A DNA stretch of 63,865 nt, the filler included, from Candidatus Rokuibacteriota bacterium (GTDB taxonomy: Bacteria > JAUVQV01 > DATDCY01), in assembly GCA_031406795.1 (NCBI GenBank). It is 6 parts of 6 records of this genome, joined end to end, with 100 filler letters (N's around TTAATTAATTAA, not from the genome) between each part and the next. Parts side by side here need not be neighbours in the genome. Positions count along the whole stretch, not along the records: positions 22,779 to 48,287 come from JANOHV010000181.1; 5 more parts are not named here. One strand, 5' to 3'. This document shows positions 22,779 through 35,122 of the stretch, piece after piece. A program made the position numbers and the translations under genes. The notes beneath the pieces are model-generated. The model did not search any database. It was not told the DNA's origin and saw only the letters and a list, made by a program, of their open reading frames with translations. Numbering within the stretch: position 1 is the first letter of the stretch; every line of letters begins with the position of its first letter.

Positions 22779-23985
22779 CCGCGTTCGTCGCGGCGATGAT
22801 CCGGACATCGACGGGGATGGAACGGGATTCACCCAGGCGCTCGATCTCCTTGCGTTCCAGCACCCGCAGCAGGCTCAGTTGCAGCTTGGGAGAGATGTCG
22901 CCGATCTCGTCCAGGAAGATCGTTCCTCCCTGGGCGCTCTCGAATCTCCCCTCGCGCCGGCTCAACGCTCCCGTGAAGGCCCCCCGCACGTGGCCGAAGA
23001 GTTCGCTCTCCAGAAGGTTGTCGGAGAGCGCCGAGCAGTTGACCTTGACGAGAGGGCGCGCGCGCCGAGACCCAAGAAAATGCAGCGCCTCCGCGACGAG
23101 CTCCTTGCCCGTTCCGCTCTCTCCGGTGATCAGCACGGTCGTCTCCAGGGCGGCGAGACTCTCGATGAGGGAGTAAACTCTTCGCATGGCGGCGCTCGCC
23201 CCGATGATGCCATGGAATCCCTCACACTCGCCGGCTTCACCTGCCGTCTGCGCCCGCGGTGATCCGTTCCGCGCCACCAGCGCCGCGCCTACGAGCCCGC
23301 CCCCTGCGCCCTTTAGGGGATAGGCCGACACCGCCAGGACCGAAACGGAGGCGCCTGCACTCCGGCACTCGATTCGCGTCTCCCCGACGCACTCCGCGGT
23401 GGCGAGGCACTCCCTGAGAACGCCGAGGAGTCCCTCCCGGCCCGGCAACTTGAGCCCGGCCAGGTTCTTGCCGACATCCTCGCCGGTCACGCCGCAGTGC
23501 GATTCGGCAGCGTCGTTGACCTCCAGGATCGTCAACCCCGCATCCACCGTAACGATCCCCTCACCGAGACCCGCAAAGACGCACCGCAGCCGGGCGTGGG
23601 CGCGCTCAATCTCGTCCACCGCCTTCTTGCGCGCGAGCGCCGCCGCCGTCAGTCGCAGCAGCGTCTCCTGCACCACCGGCTTGGCGACGTAGTCGAAAGC
23701 GCCAAGGCGAACGGCCTCCGCGGCGGTCTGGAGCGCCGGATAGCCGGTGATGACCACGACCGGACAGTGCAGACCACGGACGGTCACCTCCCCCAGAAGA
23801 TCAATCCCCGTCTTGCCGCCGAGCACGATGTCGGTGAAGACCAGGTCGATGTCGGCCGCATCGAGCCGCCCCAACGCCTCCTCAAAGGTTCTGGCGACCA
23901 GGACGTCATGCCCTTCGTCGGCCAGGAAACTCTCGAACGTGAAGACGATACTCTCCTCGTCGTCGACGATCAGGATTCTAGCCAT
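22779..23985 (-). CDS. Sigma54-dependent response regulator (REC-PAS-AAA+), 3' truncated
   Basis: [27 protein letters not shown]. Confidence 0.93.
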
Positions 23986-25888
23986 CGACGTTGCCCCCCG
24001 CCGGCAACTCGATGATCACCTTCGTGAATCGACCCTCGACGCTTTCAACGAGTATCCTGCCCCCGTGATCGCCGATGATCCCATGGCTGATGCTCAGCCC
24101 CAACCCCGTCCCCGTCTGCTTGGTGGAGAAGAAAGGTTCCATGATTTTCGGCAACACCGCGGCGGCTATGCCCGTGCCGTGGTCGAGGAAGACGACACGG
24201 ACCCGGCGCCGCCCGTCGACCTCGGCCGCGTCGCCGCTGATCTCGAGAATCTTGTCGCCTTCCGGTCCGGGATACTTCTGGTTCAGGGCATACCGCGCGT
24301 TGCTGATGACGTTCATGAAAACCTGCTGGATTTGCTGCGCGTTGGCGAACACCGGCGGCAGGCCGGGCGGCAGTGCGACATGGAGTTCGATCCCTTCCTT
24401 CCCCATCTGGTACTTCGTCAAGTCGAGCGCATCGGCGAGAATGTCGGCGATCGCGGCCAGCTGCTTCTCCTCCGTACGGTTGCGGGCGAAGGAAAGCAGG
24501 CCGCGAACAATGTCAGCGATGCGACGGCCTTCCTTGTTTATCCGCTGCGCAAGGTCGTTCACCCGTCCGTCCGCGGCGCACTTGTTGAGGAGTAGCTGGG
24601 CATAGTTGATGATCCCGTTGATCGGGTTGTTGATCTCGTGGGCGACCCCGGCGGCCAGCTCGCCGAGCGAAGCGAGGTGCGCCGTGCGGGCGGCTTCCGC
24701 CTGCAGAACGGACTTTTCCGTCACGTCGACGGCGACTTCCAGCACCTTCGCCACCCTCCCGGTCTCATCATGGATCGGGAAGACCCGCACCTCCCAGAGC
24801 CGGCCGTCGGTTGCCTTGATGTTCGCCGACGCGGCGCGTCCGCTCTCGAAGCACCGCACAGCCGCGCAGTTGACGCAGGGCTCCGATCGGCCATGCCAGA
24901 CGCTGTAGCAGAATCGCCCTTCGGGGGCGGTCTCGCCATCTCCAGTTAGTCGCGCCGCGCCGCGATTCGCCCAGAGCAGTCTGAGATCCGCCGAGAGGAG
25001 AAGCAGCGGATCGTCGATCGAATCCAGCAGCACGTGAAATTCCTGCGAGAGCAGCTTGAATTGCAGTACGCTCTCCTTCAGCTCCAGCGCCTTCCCGAGG
25101 TGCTGGCGGATCTCCCACTGCAGCCTCTCGTTCATGCCTTCGAGTTCCCGGGTGCGCTGCTCCACACGGGACTCGAGGGTGTCGTTCGCAATCCGCAACT
25201 CCGCCTCGGCCTGCGCGCGTTTCAGCTCCCTGCTCCAGAGCCCGACCGTAGCGATCAGGAGCAGCGACATCCAGGCTGCGAAAAGCCACAGGAAGAGGCT
25301 CCGCGTGCGGTCGTGGTTCTCGCGCTCGTTCTTTTCCAGGACGCGCTCCAGCGTCGCGGTTCTTGTCTGGAAATCGGCGAAGAGCCGGTCGGTCCGCAAG
25401 TCCAGCGGCGTGCCGATCCCCGATCGCCGAGGATCGGCCGCTCTCTGAATCGCGACCGCCTGAAAATCTCTGAGCAGGCCGCGAATCTCCTGGGCCTGAC
25501 GGCGGAGATCGGGGTCTTGCAGCGGCAGGAGACTGGTCCCCTCCTCCAAGGCGCCGCCGGTGACGATCAACTCCGAGATCCGGACGGCGGCGGCGATGTC
25601 CACAAGGACCTCCTGCAGGGAATGCCCGGGATCGCCGCCAAGGGCCTCCTCCAGCCAGAGGTGGGACGTCGCGGTCAGGATCTGCAGATCCGCGAAGGCA
25701 CCGTCGAGCAGGAAGCCCGCACGCTGGCGCTCATTGATGTCGTTGGCCCAGCCGATCAACGCCAGCGCAATAACGCCGAAGAGCAGGGCCACCAGGGGCA
25801 ACGCGGCTTTCCGGAAGGACGAAGTTCCGCTTTTCACGGTAATGCTCGTCTGCGAATCTTGACGGGCATCAACCTCCATCTCCCTCAC
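23978..25888 (-). CDS. Membrane PAS sensor histidine kinase
   Basis: Two TM helices, AHEINNP, DHGTGI, GTGLGL. Confidence 0.93.
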   Translation of the reverse strand: MREMEVDARQDSQTSITVKSGTSSFRKAALPLVALLFGVIALALIGWANDINERQRAGFLLDGAFADLQILTATSHLWLEEALGGDPGHSLQEVLVDIAAAVRISELIVTGGALEEGTSLLPLQDPDLRRQAQEIRGLLRDFQAVAIQRAADPRRSGIGTPLDLRTDRLFADFQTRTATLERVLEKNERENHDRTRSLFLWLFAAWMSLLLIATVGLWSRELKRAQAEAELRIANDTLESRVEQRTRELEGMNERLQWEIRQHLGKALELKESVLQFKLLSQEFHVLLDSIDDPLLLLSADLRLLWANRGAARLTGDGETAPEGRFCYSVWHGRSEPCVNCAAVRCFESGRAASANIKATDGRLWEVRVFPIHDETGRVAKVLEVAVDVTEKSVLQAEAARTAHLASLGELAAGVAHEINNPINGIINYAQLLLNKCAADGRVNDLAQRINKEGRRIADIVRGLLSFARNRTEEKQLAAIADILADALDLTKYQMGKEGIELHVALPPGLPPVFANAQQIQQVFMNVISNARYALNQKYPGPEGDKILEISGDAAEVDGRRRVRVVFLDHGTGIAAAVLPKIMEPFFSTKQTGTGLGLSISHGIIGDHGGRILVESVEGRFTKVIIELPAGGNVDG

Positions 25889-26113
25889 CGCCTCAACCGT
25901 TCATACGAATTGCCTTCCGCGCCCAGAAACGGACAACCCGGACAGAGGACCCGGATCGACTTGGGCAGCGTGCCGCTGGGATGAGTTTCCGGCTGTTCAA
26001 GGCGCAAGTCAAGGTTGGGTGCCTTGACTTCGTCCGCCGACCGCGTGAGTATCTCCGTCGACAAGGTCTGGCAGACGGCGGGAGGATGTGCGGCGATGAG
26101 GCACGGGTAGGAC

Positions 26114-26704
26114 ATGCTCCATTTGTTGCGCCACGCTCGTTTTCTTATTTCCTCGACCGACGCGAAACAGCTCGGGGCCTGTCACGCGGAGGTGGCGCTC
26201 GTGGGTCGCTCCAACGTGGGCAAGAGCTCGCTGCTGAACGCGCTGACCAGCCAGACCCAGCTCGCGCGCGTCTCCAGGACTCCCGGCCGGACGCGGCTCA
26301 TCAACGTCTTCCTGGCCGCCCCGGATCGCTGGATCGTGGACCTGCCGGGCTACGGCTATGCGGCTGGCCCCCGGGCCGAAAAGGACGCCTGGCAGGAGAT
26401 GATCGAAGGCTATCTCCTCGGCCGCCCTTCCCTGCGCACGGTCTTCGTGCTGGTGGATGCGGAAGTGGGACCCACGAAGCTGGACCTGCAGATGCTGGAC
26501 TGGCTCCACCATGTGCGCATGGCCCATCGCATCGTCGCCACCAAGGCGGACCAGGTCACGCCCGGCCGGCAGGCCGCCCGGCGCCGGGAAATCGCTGCCG
26601 CGCTGGGTCTGGCCCCTGACGCCGTCGCCTGGGTTTCCTGCAAGAAGGGAAAGGGACTCACCGAGCTGCGCAACGAGATGGCGGCCCTGCTGGAGCTGTT
26701 CTAG
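26114..26704 (+). CDS. engB: Ribosome biogenesis GTPase YihA/YsxC
   Basis: GRSNVGKSSL, PGRT, DLPGYG, TKAD. Confidence 0.93.
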   Translation: MLHLLRHARFLISSTDAKQLGACHAEVALVGRSNVGKSSLLNALTSQTQLARVSRTPGRTRLINVFLAAPDRWIVDLPGYGYAAGPRAEKDAWQEMIEGYLLGRPSLRTVFVLVDAEVGPTKLDLQMLDWLHHVRMAHRIVATKADQVTPGRQAARRREIAAALGLAPDAVAWVSCKKGKGLTELRNEMAALLELF

Positions 26705-26706
26705 CG

Positions 26707-27672
26707 ATGAGGTTGGCCTGCAGGGTATTGATCCTGGCGGCGATCCAACTCGTGAATCTGCTGTTTTCATCGGCATGCACTTCTGATGGCAGAAACCTCA
26801 AGCGCTTGCCGCTGCCGGCAGGCGCACGTTCTTCGGCTGCCGTCCCGTCGCCCGGAGGCTGGCTGGATCACCTCAACTATTATCGCGCAACAGCATGTCT
26901 GTCCCCGGTCACTGAAAACACCGTGTGGAGCCATGGGGCTCGCAACCACGCCATCTACATCGTGAAGAACGACGTCTTCCAACATGACGAGGACCCTGAC
27001 AACACGTGTTTTTCTCCGGAAGGCCAGATTGCCGCCCGGCAGAGCAATCTGTTTGGTGGTTACGACACGAATGATACGGACTGGTCGGCAATCGACACCT
27101 GGATGCAGTCCCCCTTTCATGCTCTGGGAGTACTTGACCCGCGGTTGGTTCAGGTGGGTTACGGGAGCTACAAAGAGGCGGATGGCAATCTCAAGATGGG
27201 CGCAGCGCTGAACGTGATCGCCGGCATCAGACGCACCGCAGGCGCGGCCTATCCGATATTCTGGCCCGGCAATGGGACCACCATACCGATAAGCCTCCAC
27301 CTGGGCGGGTATCCTGACCCGCTCGCCAGCTGTCCCGGCTACCGCACGCCGAGCGGGCTTCCTCTCCTCGTCCAGATCGGTTCGGGCGATCTCACGCCAG
27401 TGGTTTCGGCGACATCCTTCACACAGGAGGGTCGGTCACTGGAGCATTGCGTCTTTGACGAAACCACCTACCGCAATCCGGACGGCCTTCAACAAGACCT
27501 GGGGCGCACCATCTTGGGGGCGCGCGACGCCATTGTACTCATCCCCCGCTCCCCCTTGTCGGCCGGAACGACCTATACGGCTTCCGTCACGGTCAACGGG
27601 CAGAGGCACACTTGGTCATTCAGCGTCGAAGGAAGCAGGGTCTCCTTCCTCAACCGCCGAGTCCGGCCATAA
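26707..27672 (+). CDS. CAP/SCP domain exported protein
   Basis: LNYYRA, ARNHA, HDED, WMQSPFH. Confidence 0.8.
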   Translation: MRLACRVLILAAIQLVNLLFSSACTSDGRNLKRLPLPAGARSSAAVPSPGGWLDHLNYYRATACLSPVTENTVWSHGARNHAIYIVKNDVFQHDEDPDNTCFSPEGQIAARQSNLFGGYDTNDTDWSAIDTWMQSPFHALGVLDPRLVQVGYGSYKEADGNLKMGAALNVIAGIRRTAGAAYPIFWPGNGTTIPISLHLGGYPDPLASCPGYRTPSGLPLLVQIGSGDLTPVVSATSFTQEGRSLEHCVFDETTYRNPDGLQQDLGRTILGARDAIVLIPRSPLSAGTTYTASVTVNGQRHTWSFSVEGSRVSFLNRRVRP

Positions 27673-28270
27673 ACCGGGCGCCGCTGCGGGACCCGCCAAA
27701 GCGAACTTCCCGTACCGGCGTATCTCTTCCAGGCCGCAGGATGGCACCAGCTCTCCCTGATAGAGGATGGCGTCCGGGCAGGCATCGCAAAGATCCCGTT
27801 TTCCTCTGACAAAACACGGCGGCGAGACGACGGTCACCGCCTGGTGGGTCGAGGCGGCGAAAAGCAGCCAGGGCTTGCACAAGGCACGAGCCAGGTAAGC
27901 GCGGACGATCGCTCTCAATCCGGCGTTGACCAGCACGCCGGCCAGCAGGACCGGCAAGTGGACCCGGGTCTGCTCCTTGTCCAGAAATGACAGATACTTT
28001 CCGGTGCCCCAGTGACAGCAAATCTGAAGAAGTTCGGCAAAACGTTTGTCCGTGTACCCAAGCGTTCTTCCATCCAGCACGAAGCTGAAGGCCTGCAGCG
28101 TATCCACCCGGATCGAGATGCCGGCCAGGCCCGCGCGCTTCAGGGCTTTGAGCCGGGCCTCGTCGAGCAGCCTGCCGTTGCTCAGGATCATCGGCCTCAC
28201 GCCCTTCCGCCGGAGGTAGCGGCCACGATACAAACCGTGGATGGAGCAGAAGCTGCAGACGATATGGCGG
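27670..28270 (-). pseudogene. Decayed, internally deleted radical SAM remnant
   Basis: CSFCSIH, ILSNGRLLDE..LKRAGL, then C-terminal CDACPDA...VPSC; far too short for an intact gene. Confidence 0.55.
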
Positions 28271-28379
28271 ACTTAGCGCCCTCCGGCTTCGGCCCGGGCT
28301 GCTGCGATCAGCATGCGCACGGCTTCGGGATGGCCAGGTCGAGCCTCGAAGAATGCGATCTGCAGAACCGGCAGGGCGG

Positions 28380-28809
28380 GGTGATGGATCAGCAGGCATT
28401 CGCGAATGTCGGCGCGGCGGTCGACATAACCGTCATTGGCAACTTCGCCAACGCCCCCGCTCCCGCAGGAGGTGCCATCGAGGACGGCACCTACGTCCTC
28501 ACGCGCCGAGACATCTATGCATCGGGCGGCTTCGGGTGTCCCGGTCGCCGCAGAGAGACGATCGTCATCGCGGGCGGCACCATCGAATCGATCGCGCACG
28601 AGGACAACGACTGCTGCCCCGAGCCCGGGAGGATACCGGACCGCCGCAGCACAGCCAGCTTCACCACCTCCGGCAGCACCATCCACTCCAGGCGGACCTG
28701 CCCCGCGCGGCTCGACCTCGAGCGAGGCTTTTCCGCAACTCCGACGACCCTGCAGTTCTTCGAGAGCGAAGGCGGCCTCGTCGAGGTCAGGACGTTCACG
28801 CGGCGGTGA
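28380..28809 (+). CDS. Hypothetical protein or fragment of a secreted protein
   Basis: APAPAGGAIEDGTYVLT, beta-rich; start unclear. Confidence 0.45.
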
Positions 28810-28818
28810 TCAATTCGT

Positions 28819-28908
28819 CTTCCTGTACTTCTCGGCCGCCATCGGGATCACCGCGCCCTCGACACCGGCATTGATCACGATCTGCCGGATCGGCTACTCG
28901 AGCGCCCG
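28819..28908 (-). pseudogene. groEL: groEL remnant A
   Basis: RALE*PIRQIVINAGVEGAVI. Confidence 0.85.
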
Positions 28909-29078
28909 GTTCCGGGAGCCCGCCTCTCTTGAGTAATTGGCCGCCCGGGATAACCGCCGGTGCAGCCGATGGGGGACGGTAGCGAACCCAGCCACGGCCG
29001 TTTGCGGGTTTAGTCGGGAGTTTTTGTGATACCTTGCCCGGGCGGAGTGGCGAAACGGTACCTCGAAGGGAGGATGCG

Positions 29079-29567
29079 ATGAGCGAGCAGAGCGAGTGGT
29101 ATTTCATCGTCGAAGAGGCCGGGGAACGGCGCCAGGAGGGACCCGTCCCGACGGAAAATCTCGTCGATATGGTTTCCTCCGGAGCCGTCACGGGCGACAC
29201 CCTCGTCTGGGGGGAAGGCATGGCCGAGTGGCTCCCGGCGTGCGAGGTGTCCGAATTCTCCCGGCACATTCACCAGGAGGTTGCCCCGCAGATTCTTGAG
29301 CCGGAGCCGGTGCCCGAGCCGGAGCTGATCGCCCCCCAGGAGGTTCCCCCCGCGGAGGTAGTTGAGGAGGACGCGGCCGGCGCCGTCGAGCCATCGGACC
29401 TCGTGACACTCGGGGATTTCGGCAACCACAGCGTCCAGTTCTCGAGATCCCGCAAGACGCTCCTGATCGGCACCAACGACTACCATGCGGGACCGCTCGA
29501 GCTGACGAAGCTCGATCTCCTGGAGTTCCTGACGGAGATGGAGAAGGCTGCCGGGCAAAGCGAATGA
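29079..29567 (+). CDS. GYF_2 (DUF4339) domain protein
   Basis: WYF...QEGPV...TLVWGEGMAEWLPA; GGAGG RBS. Confidence 0.85.
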   Translation: MSEQSEWYFIVEEAGERRQEGPVPTENLVDMVSSGAVTGDTLVWGEGMAEWLPACEVSEFSRHIHQEVAPQILEPEPVPEPELIAPQEVPPAEVVEEDAAGAVEPSDLVTLGDFGNHSVQFSRSRKTLLIGTNDYHAGPLELTKLDLLEFLTEMEKAAGQSE

Positions 29568-29589
29568 GTCTCAGCCGCCGTCACCGACG

Positions 29590-29745
29590 ATGATCGTCGA
29601 CTCGCTGGACCGCTTCCGCGACTACCTCGGCGTGCACCCGCGCTTCGCCGGCGTGGCGGAATTTTTCGAGGCAACGGACCTCGCGGCGCTCGCCGAGGGC
29701 CGTCACGAGATCGGCGAGCAGGGCTGCTTCGCGTTCACGCAACAC
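29590..29745 (+). pseudogene. YhcH/YjgK/YiaL family N-terminal fragment
   Basis: MIVDSL..Y.GVHPRF...DLAALAEGRHEIG, after which similarity stops. Confidence 0.7.
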
Positions 29746-29788
29746 GATGACCGTCAAATGGAGAATCATCCCCAAGACAGCGCGGCGG

Positions 29789-31294
29789 CTACTCGCCCAG
29801 AAGGCGGATCGCTTCCCCGGCGAGGACGATCCAACCGTCCCCGGTCGCTGCGTCGAGCGACCCACGCTTGACGAGCTGGCGCACATGCGCGGTGAACCGC
29901 TCGAGCGCCTGGCTGGCCTGGTGGGCGTTCTCGCCGTCCCTGAACGCGAGAGCTTTTTCGAGCGCCTGCAGCAGCTCGGTAGCACCGGCGTGGGTGAGCC
30001 CGCCCGCAGCCCGCAGCTCGGTCACCTCGCGGATGAGCCGCGCGATCTGGTCCTCGTCGTCCGGGAAGGCCGAGCCGAGGTCCGGAATCGTCCAGATCAC
30101 CGGGACCTGCGTCATGTACCCGGTTGAGTCGTCGATCGTCGCCACCATCCCCGCGATGCGGCCGCGGTCGCTGATGTCATACGCCTCGCTCGCCTGCCCG
30201 CCGTTGGTCCCGAGGTCCTGCATCCCGGTGGACGGGCTCCAGAGGAAGGCGCGGCGCTCCTGCCGGCCCGAGACCGGGTTTGCCGCCCAGCTCCACCCGA
30301 CCACCTGGTCGTGGTTGTTCATCGCGTGGGGTATGGTGCTGTTGAAGCTGCCGCCGAGGTTTCCCAGCGGGATCGTGCCGGTCTCGGGGGACCAGAACCA
30401 GGCCCCGCCCTGGTACGAGATCCCGGCCATGTGCCCGCGATCGTTGAACCCGGTCACGTCGACAAAGTCCCCTTCGACGAGCTGGCCGCAGTCCACGAAG
30501 CCGGCCTCGGCGCTCCAGACGAAGGGGTGCTTGTGGCCGTGGTGGTCCATCGAGAACACGCCGGCCACCTGGCCACGCTCGTTGACGAACGAGGCGGCGG
30601 AGTAAAACTCGCTCGGGGTCCCCAGCTCGAGGAATGAGCCGTCCGGCCGCCAGAGTGCGGCGTGGAAGGAGAGATCGTACTCGTCGGTGCCGCGCGCGTA
30701 CTCACCCACGACAAGGCCGTTGTCGTTGATGTCCGTCGGGAAGCCCTCGAGCCCGCCGGGGGGAAGCGTGAGCCGCTCGTAACCCCCGTCGCGCGTCCAG
30801 AGAAAGCCGGAGTTCCCAAAGGCGGAGGGACCCCAAGGATCGTCGCCGCTGCCGACGATGTCTCCCCGGTTGTTCATGGCAGAGATTGAGATCCCCGCGC
30901 CCCCCGGGAGCGCCCCAAGCGCGAGCATTCCCTCCACCGGGCTCCAGCGGAAGAGCTGAAAGCTCGGGGAGCCCCAGGCGTTGTCGACGGTGATGGTGCC
31001 CGCGATCTGGCCGCGCTCGTTGAGGGCGTCAGGGAAGAGTGCGTACCCATCCGCGGGGGGCTGCAGCACGAGCGGCTCAAGCAGGGGGGACCAGGAGACG
31101 CCATACCACAGTCCGTTGGCGTAGAGCCCGCCGACGACCTCCCCGCGATCGTTGACCATGTACGCCGAGTCCGAGTATCCGTCCATGGGAACCGGGAGGG
31201 GCGTGAGGGTGACCGGCTCGACGCCGGCGGCGAGGGACGGTGCGGCGGCGAGGAGCAGACAGGCACACAAACGAAGCGCGCTCGAAGCGATCAC
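29789..31294 (-). CDS. Secreted HAF-repeat protein with C-terminal FIMAH-like domain
   Basis: Repeated NxRGxVVG...AFxWS...GMxDLG units; signal peptide. Confidence 0.85.
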   Translation of the reverse strand: MIASSALRLCACLLLAAAPSLAAGVEPVTLTPLPVPMDGYSDSAYMVNDRGEVVGGLYANGLWYGVSWSPLLEPLVLQPPADGYALFPDALNERGQIAGTITVDNAWGSPSFQLFRWSPVEGMLALGALPGGAGISISAMNNRGDIVGSGDDPWGPSAFGNSGFLWTRDGGYERLTLPPGGLEGFPTDINDNGLVVGEYARGTDEYDLSFHAALWRPDGSFLELGTPSEFYSAASFVNERGQVAGVFSMDHHGHKHPFVWSAEAGFVDCGQLVEGDFVDVTGFNDRGHMAGISYQGGAWFWSPETGTIPLGNLGGSFNSTIPHAMNNHDQVVGWSWAANPVSGRQERRAFLWSPSTGMQDLGTNGGQASEAYDISDRGRIAGMVATIDDSTGYMTQVPVIWTIPDLGSAFPDDEDQIARLIREVTELRAAGGLTHAGATELLQALEKALAFRDGENAHQASQALERFTAHVRQLVKRGSLDAATGDGWIVLAGEAIRLLGE

Positions 31295-31548
31295 GGGCTA
31301 CCTCCATTCGATACGGGGATTTCGCCAAAACTAGAACAATCCGCCGGCGACGTCAAGTCATGTCCGCATCTCCCGCTCGAATCGACGTGCTGAACCAGCC
31401 CGACGCAGGTCGTGCCAGACTTGCCCATGGCGTCCGAACATCCGGGGCTTTCATTCCTTGCGCCTGATCCTCGCGGTCTCCACGCCGGAGGAACGGATGG
31501 CGGCGGTTCTCCTCCTTGAGCAAAGCGGCGCGCATCCTCCGATCATCC

Positions 31549-31656
31549 CTTCTTCCCGTTGATCAGGATGCAGGCGTCCTCGAGGATGGCCTCCATCCGC
31601 TCGGGCTTGGTCACGAAGTAGGGGCTCAAGTAGCCGCGGTCGAACTGCATCCCCTC
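31549..31656 (-). pseudogene. groEL: groEL remnant B
   Basis: [36 protein letters not shown]. Confidence 0.92.
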
Positions 31657-31914
31657 GGCGTAAATGGTCCGCCACAACTGGATATCCTGCGCTCGGTGTT
31701 TCAGCCGGCTGCGAGACATGTCGAGCAGGATGATGCCGACAACGCGCCGGACTCAGGAAATCAAGCCAGACCGCCGAACGCGCATTCGAGACCTGCGCTC
31801 AAGTTCAAGAGACAAGAAAGCTCCGCCTCTGCCGGCGCCACGATCGGGATGAACAACCGCCCCGAGAAAAGATAACCCTCCCCTGAATCGTCCACCACGC
31901 GCACCATAGAGTAC

Positions 31915-32138
31915 TCAGGCGGCTGCGTAACGACGAACCTCAACTTCGACTCCGGCGCGGACGGCTTCCTCCGCCTTCTTCAGCAGAGCGGTAGCTACAA
32001 TCTCGCCGACGTACTCCTCGCCGCAGTTCACGCAGACCTCAGCGGGGACCTTTTTCACCACGAGCGTTGTCCCGCCCCGCTCGAGCGTGATTGTCACCTC
32101 GCCGAGGCGCGTCTCACCGTTCTTGCAGACGACACAAA

Positions 32139-32142
<4 letters not shown>
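31915..32142 (-). CDS. YgiT-type zinc finger (MqsA-like) antitoxin
   Basis: CVVC...VPAEVCVNCGEEY. Confidence 0.9.
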
Positions 32143-32676
<534 letters not shown>

Positions 32677-33379
32677 TCAGAGTACACGAGAATCAATGCA
32701 AAAAAAAGCGGCAGGGCCCTGTCTCGGTCATGAAGAAGGTTCCCCGCAACGATCCGATGACCAGGATCCTGGCCCGATTTCGAGTACCGGGTCATCGTCG
32801 GGCTCACGACGCTCATCACCGCTCGCCATGAACCACGTCCACACCGGCACCTATTCCCCCTGAGACGGCGCGCAGCCGCAGGACTCCACCAACGCCTGCA
32901 TCGAAGCGGCGGAAGTGGGCCGCGACATACCTTACGAGAATATCGGAAAGCTCTTCGACCCCTGTTTTCCCGACGGGACTGCTTTCCAGGAAACTGTACT
33001 GTTGTGTCATCTGGTGCGAAATTGAATTATGAGGCAACCGTATCGACTCTATCCCCGCGGCGGCAGAATATCAGGGGATTTTTGCATTCGCCTTCAACGG
33101 ACAAGAGACATCAAGCGGCAACCTCGCCCGATTGTCTCACGGGGAAACTCAGGGATCCGGTGAGCCCCCATGGCTGTTTCTGATCCTGAATACTAATAAT
33201 CGCGAAACATTCCCTGCGGTTGCGTGCTCCGTGCTTCAGACGAAGCGTCGAATGGCGCATTTGTTGCAGTGAACGAGGCTCAAGGGATGCATCCTGACGA
33301 CACGGAGCAGATGCAATCCTGAAAAGCGATTCATCGGGCGGACCGTGCACGAGGATCCGAGCGGCTTCACGAGGGTTCA

Positions 33380-35122
33380 ATGACAGGACGGTCTGGGCAG
33401 GTGTTCGTCACGGCGCTCGCGGGGGTGCTGCTGGTCGTGTACTCAGCGGCGGCTAACCAAGGGCGAACGGTTGTCGACCTGCAGATCAATCGTACGACCA
33501 GCTCGATCCGGATCAAGAGTGCCGAAGGCGCAGCGGGGCTCGCCACGCTGATCAACCTCAACCCCGCGATCAATTCGTGGTATCTGCTTCGGCTCGAGGG
33601 GGGCGCCGCCGCGTCTGAAACAACGTACCACCTGCAGAATGCGAACCCCCGGGGCCAGACTCTGCTGCTTGAGGAGAGCAATCCGGGTGGCATCGTCATC
33701 GCGCAGGGGAAAGAACGCGCGGGGTGTGACCTCTGGAGCAACAAGGATGGCGGAGCCCTGGCGGCCGCCCGGCGATCAGCCGTCCCCTATGCCCCGCTGT
33801 GCAGCGAGAGAATCTATCTGCTCAATCCGACGCAAGGGCATCAGACGCCGATTGAAGCGGTCACCGATCTCTTGCGCGAGAGGGTTCCCGGCGGTGAAAA
33901 GATAGTTTCATTCGTGCGCGACACGTTTTTCGCGCGTTCGTACCTCAAGAAAGCGGAAGAAGAAGTGGCGTCGGTGCCAGTGGCTGTGCCGCCACAGAAG
34001 AAGCCGGTTGAGGGGCCGGCACCGGCCCTGGTAGATCCTGACGCAACTGCCGTAGCCGTGAAACCGCTCGATCTGGGCATCGAAATCGAGGGCTCGGTTG
34101 CCGGAAGCGCCATTCCGGGCGATTGGTATCCGGCAAGGGATATCCCGGGCGTTTACGTGAGCGTGATCACGCCGGGCAGAATCGCGCCGAAGATCCTTCG
34201 GAGCTACCCGATGCGCGTGAACAACCTCGGAAGCGGCGAGTCTGGCCAACTCGTGTACCTCGTCTCCTTCGATCTTGCCCAGTTCGATGTGCACTATGTC
34301 CTCGGAACCACGCACCCGGGGGTCGAGTGGTCCGGCCGTGTTCAGAACCGGATGAAGGAGACGTCACTCCCGGGGCCAGACGGAATCGGCACCGGCAGAC
34401 CCTTAGTCCGGACCGGCTTCATCAACCCGTCAGACGCGCCCCGCACCGTAGCCGGTTTTGTCGGCGGATTTAAGCGCTACCACGGCGCCTTCAGGGACGG
34501 GCCGCTCGCTCAGAAGAATCACGGCAGCCATTACGGCTTTCTGGAGGAAGGCGTGCTGTTCAGCACCCTTCAGCCGGAACTTGCGACGCTGTACGTGCTC
34601 GACGACGGCCGGGTCGACATGAAGACCTGGACGGCCGAAGACAACAAGATTCTGCTGCCGCGGGCCAGATCCGCTCTGCAAAATGGCGTCCCCCTCGTCA
34701 CGGAGCTTGACGCGACCGGGCGCGTCCCGCTTCCCGGCCCCCTGGTCAACCGCTGGGGTGATGGCAACTGGTCGGCTGCCGCGGATTTGAAACAGCAGAC
34801 CATGCGCGCGGCAGTTGCGCTGCAGGAATCCCAGGGGCGGAGGTATCTCGTGTATGCCTTCTTCTGGAGCGCCACGCCGTCAGCCGTTGCCCGGGTCTTT
34901 CAGGCTTACCAGTGTCGCTATGGCATGCCTCTCGACATGAATGCACTTGAACACACCTACCTCGCCGTGTACAAGAAGCAGGGTTCGAACATCGCCGTCC
35001 AACACCTGATCCGCACGATGGCGGACGTGGACATGACGGGCAAAGGGAAGCGTGTCCCCCGTTTTCTCGGGTATCCCGACGACAGGGATTTCTTCTACCT
35101 GACGAGGAGGGAAACGCCATGA
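33380..35122 (+). CDS. Exported protein with phosphodiester glycosidase (NAGPA-like) C-terminal region
   Basis: GFVGGFK, QNGVPLV, TMRAAV, PLDMN pattern; family call tentative. Confidence 0.6.
   Translation: MTGRSGQVFVTALAGVLLVVYSAAANQGRTVVDLQINRTTSSIRIKSAEGAAGLATLINLNPAINSWYLLRLEGGAAASETTYHLQNANPRGQTLLLEESNPGGIVIAQGKERAGCDLWSNKDGGALAAARRSAVPYAPLCSERIYLLNPTQGHQTPIEAVTDLLRERVPGGEKIVSFVRDTFFARSYLKKAEEEVASVPVAVPPQKKPVEGPAPALVDPDATAVAVKPLDLGIEIEGSVAGSAIPGDWYPARDIPGVYVSVITPGRIAPKILRSYPMRVNNLGSGESGQLVYLVSFDLAQFDVHYVLGTTHPGVEWSGRVQNRMKETSLPGPDGIGTGRPLVRTGFINPSDAPRTVAGFVGGFKRYHGAFRDGPLAQKNHGSHYGFLEEGVLFSTLQPELATLYVLDDGRVDMKTWTAEDNKILLPRARSALQNGVPLVTELDATGRVPLPGPLVNRWGDGNWSAAADLKQQTMRAAVALQESQGRRYLVYAFFWSATPSAVARVFQAYQCRYGMPLDMNALEHTYLAVYKKQGSNIAVQHLIRTMADVDMTGKGKRVPRFLGYPDDRDFFYLTRRETP

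Noticed and set aside
32700-33370. Intergenic stretch with short ORFs
   Set aside because: No recognisable protein or RNA motif.
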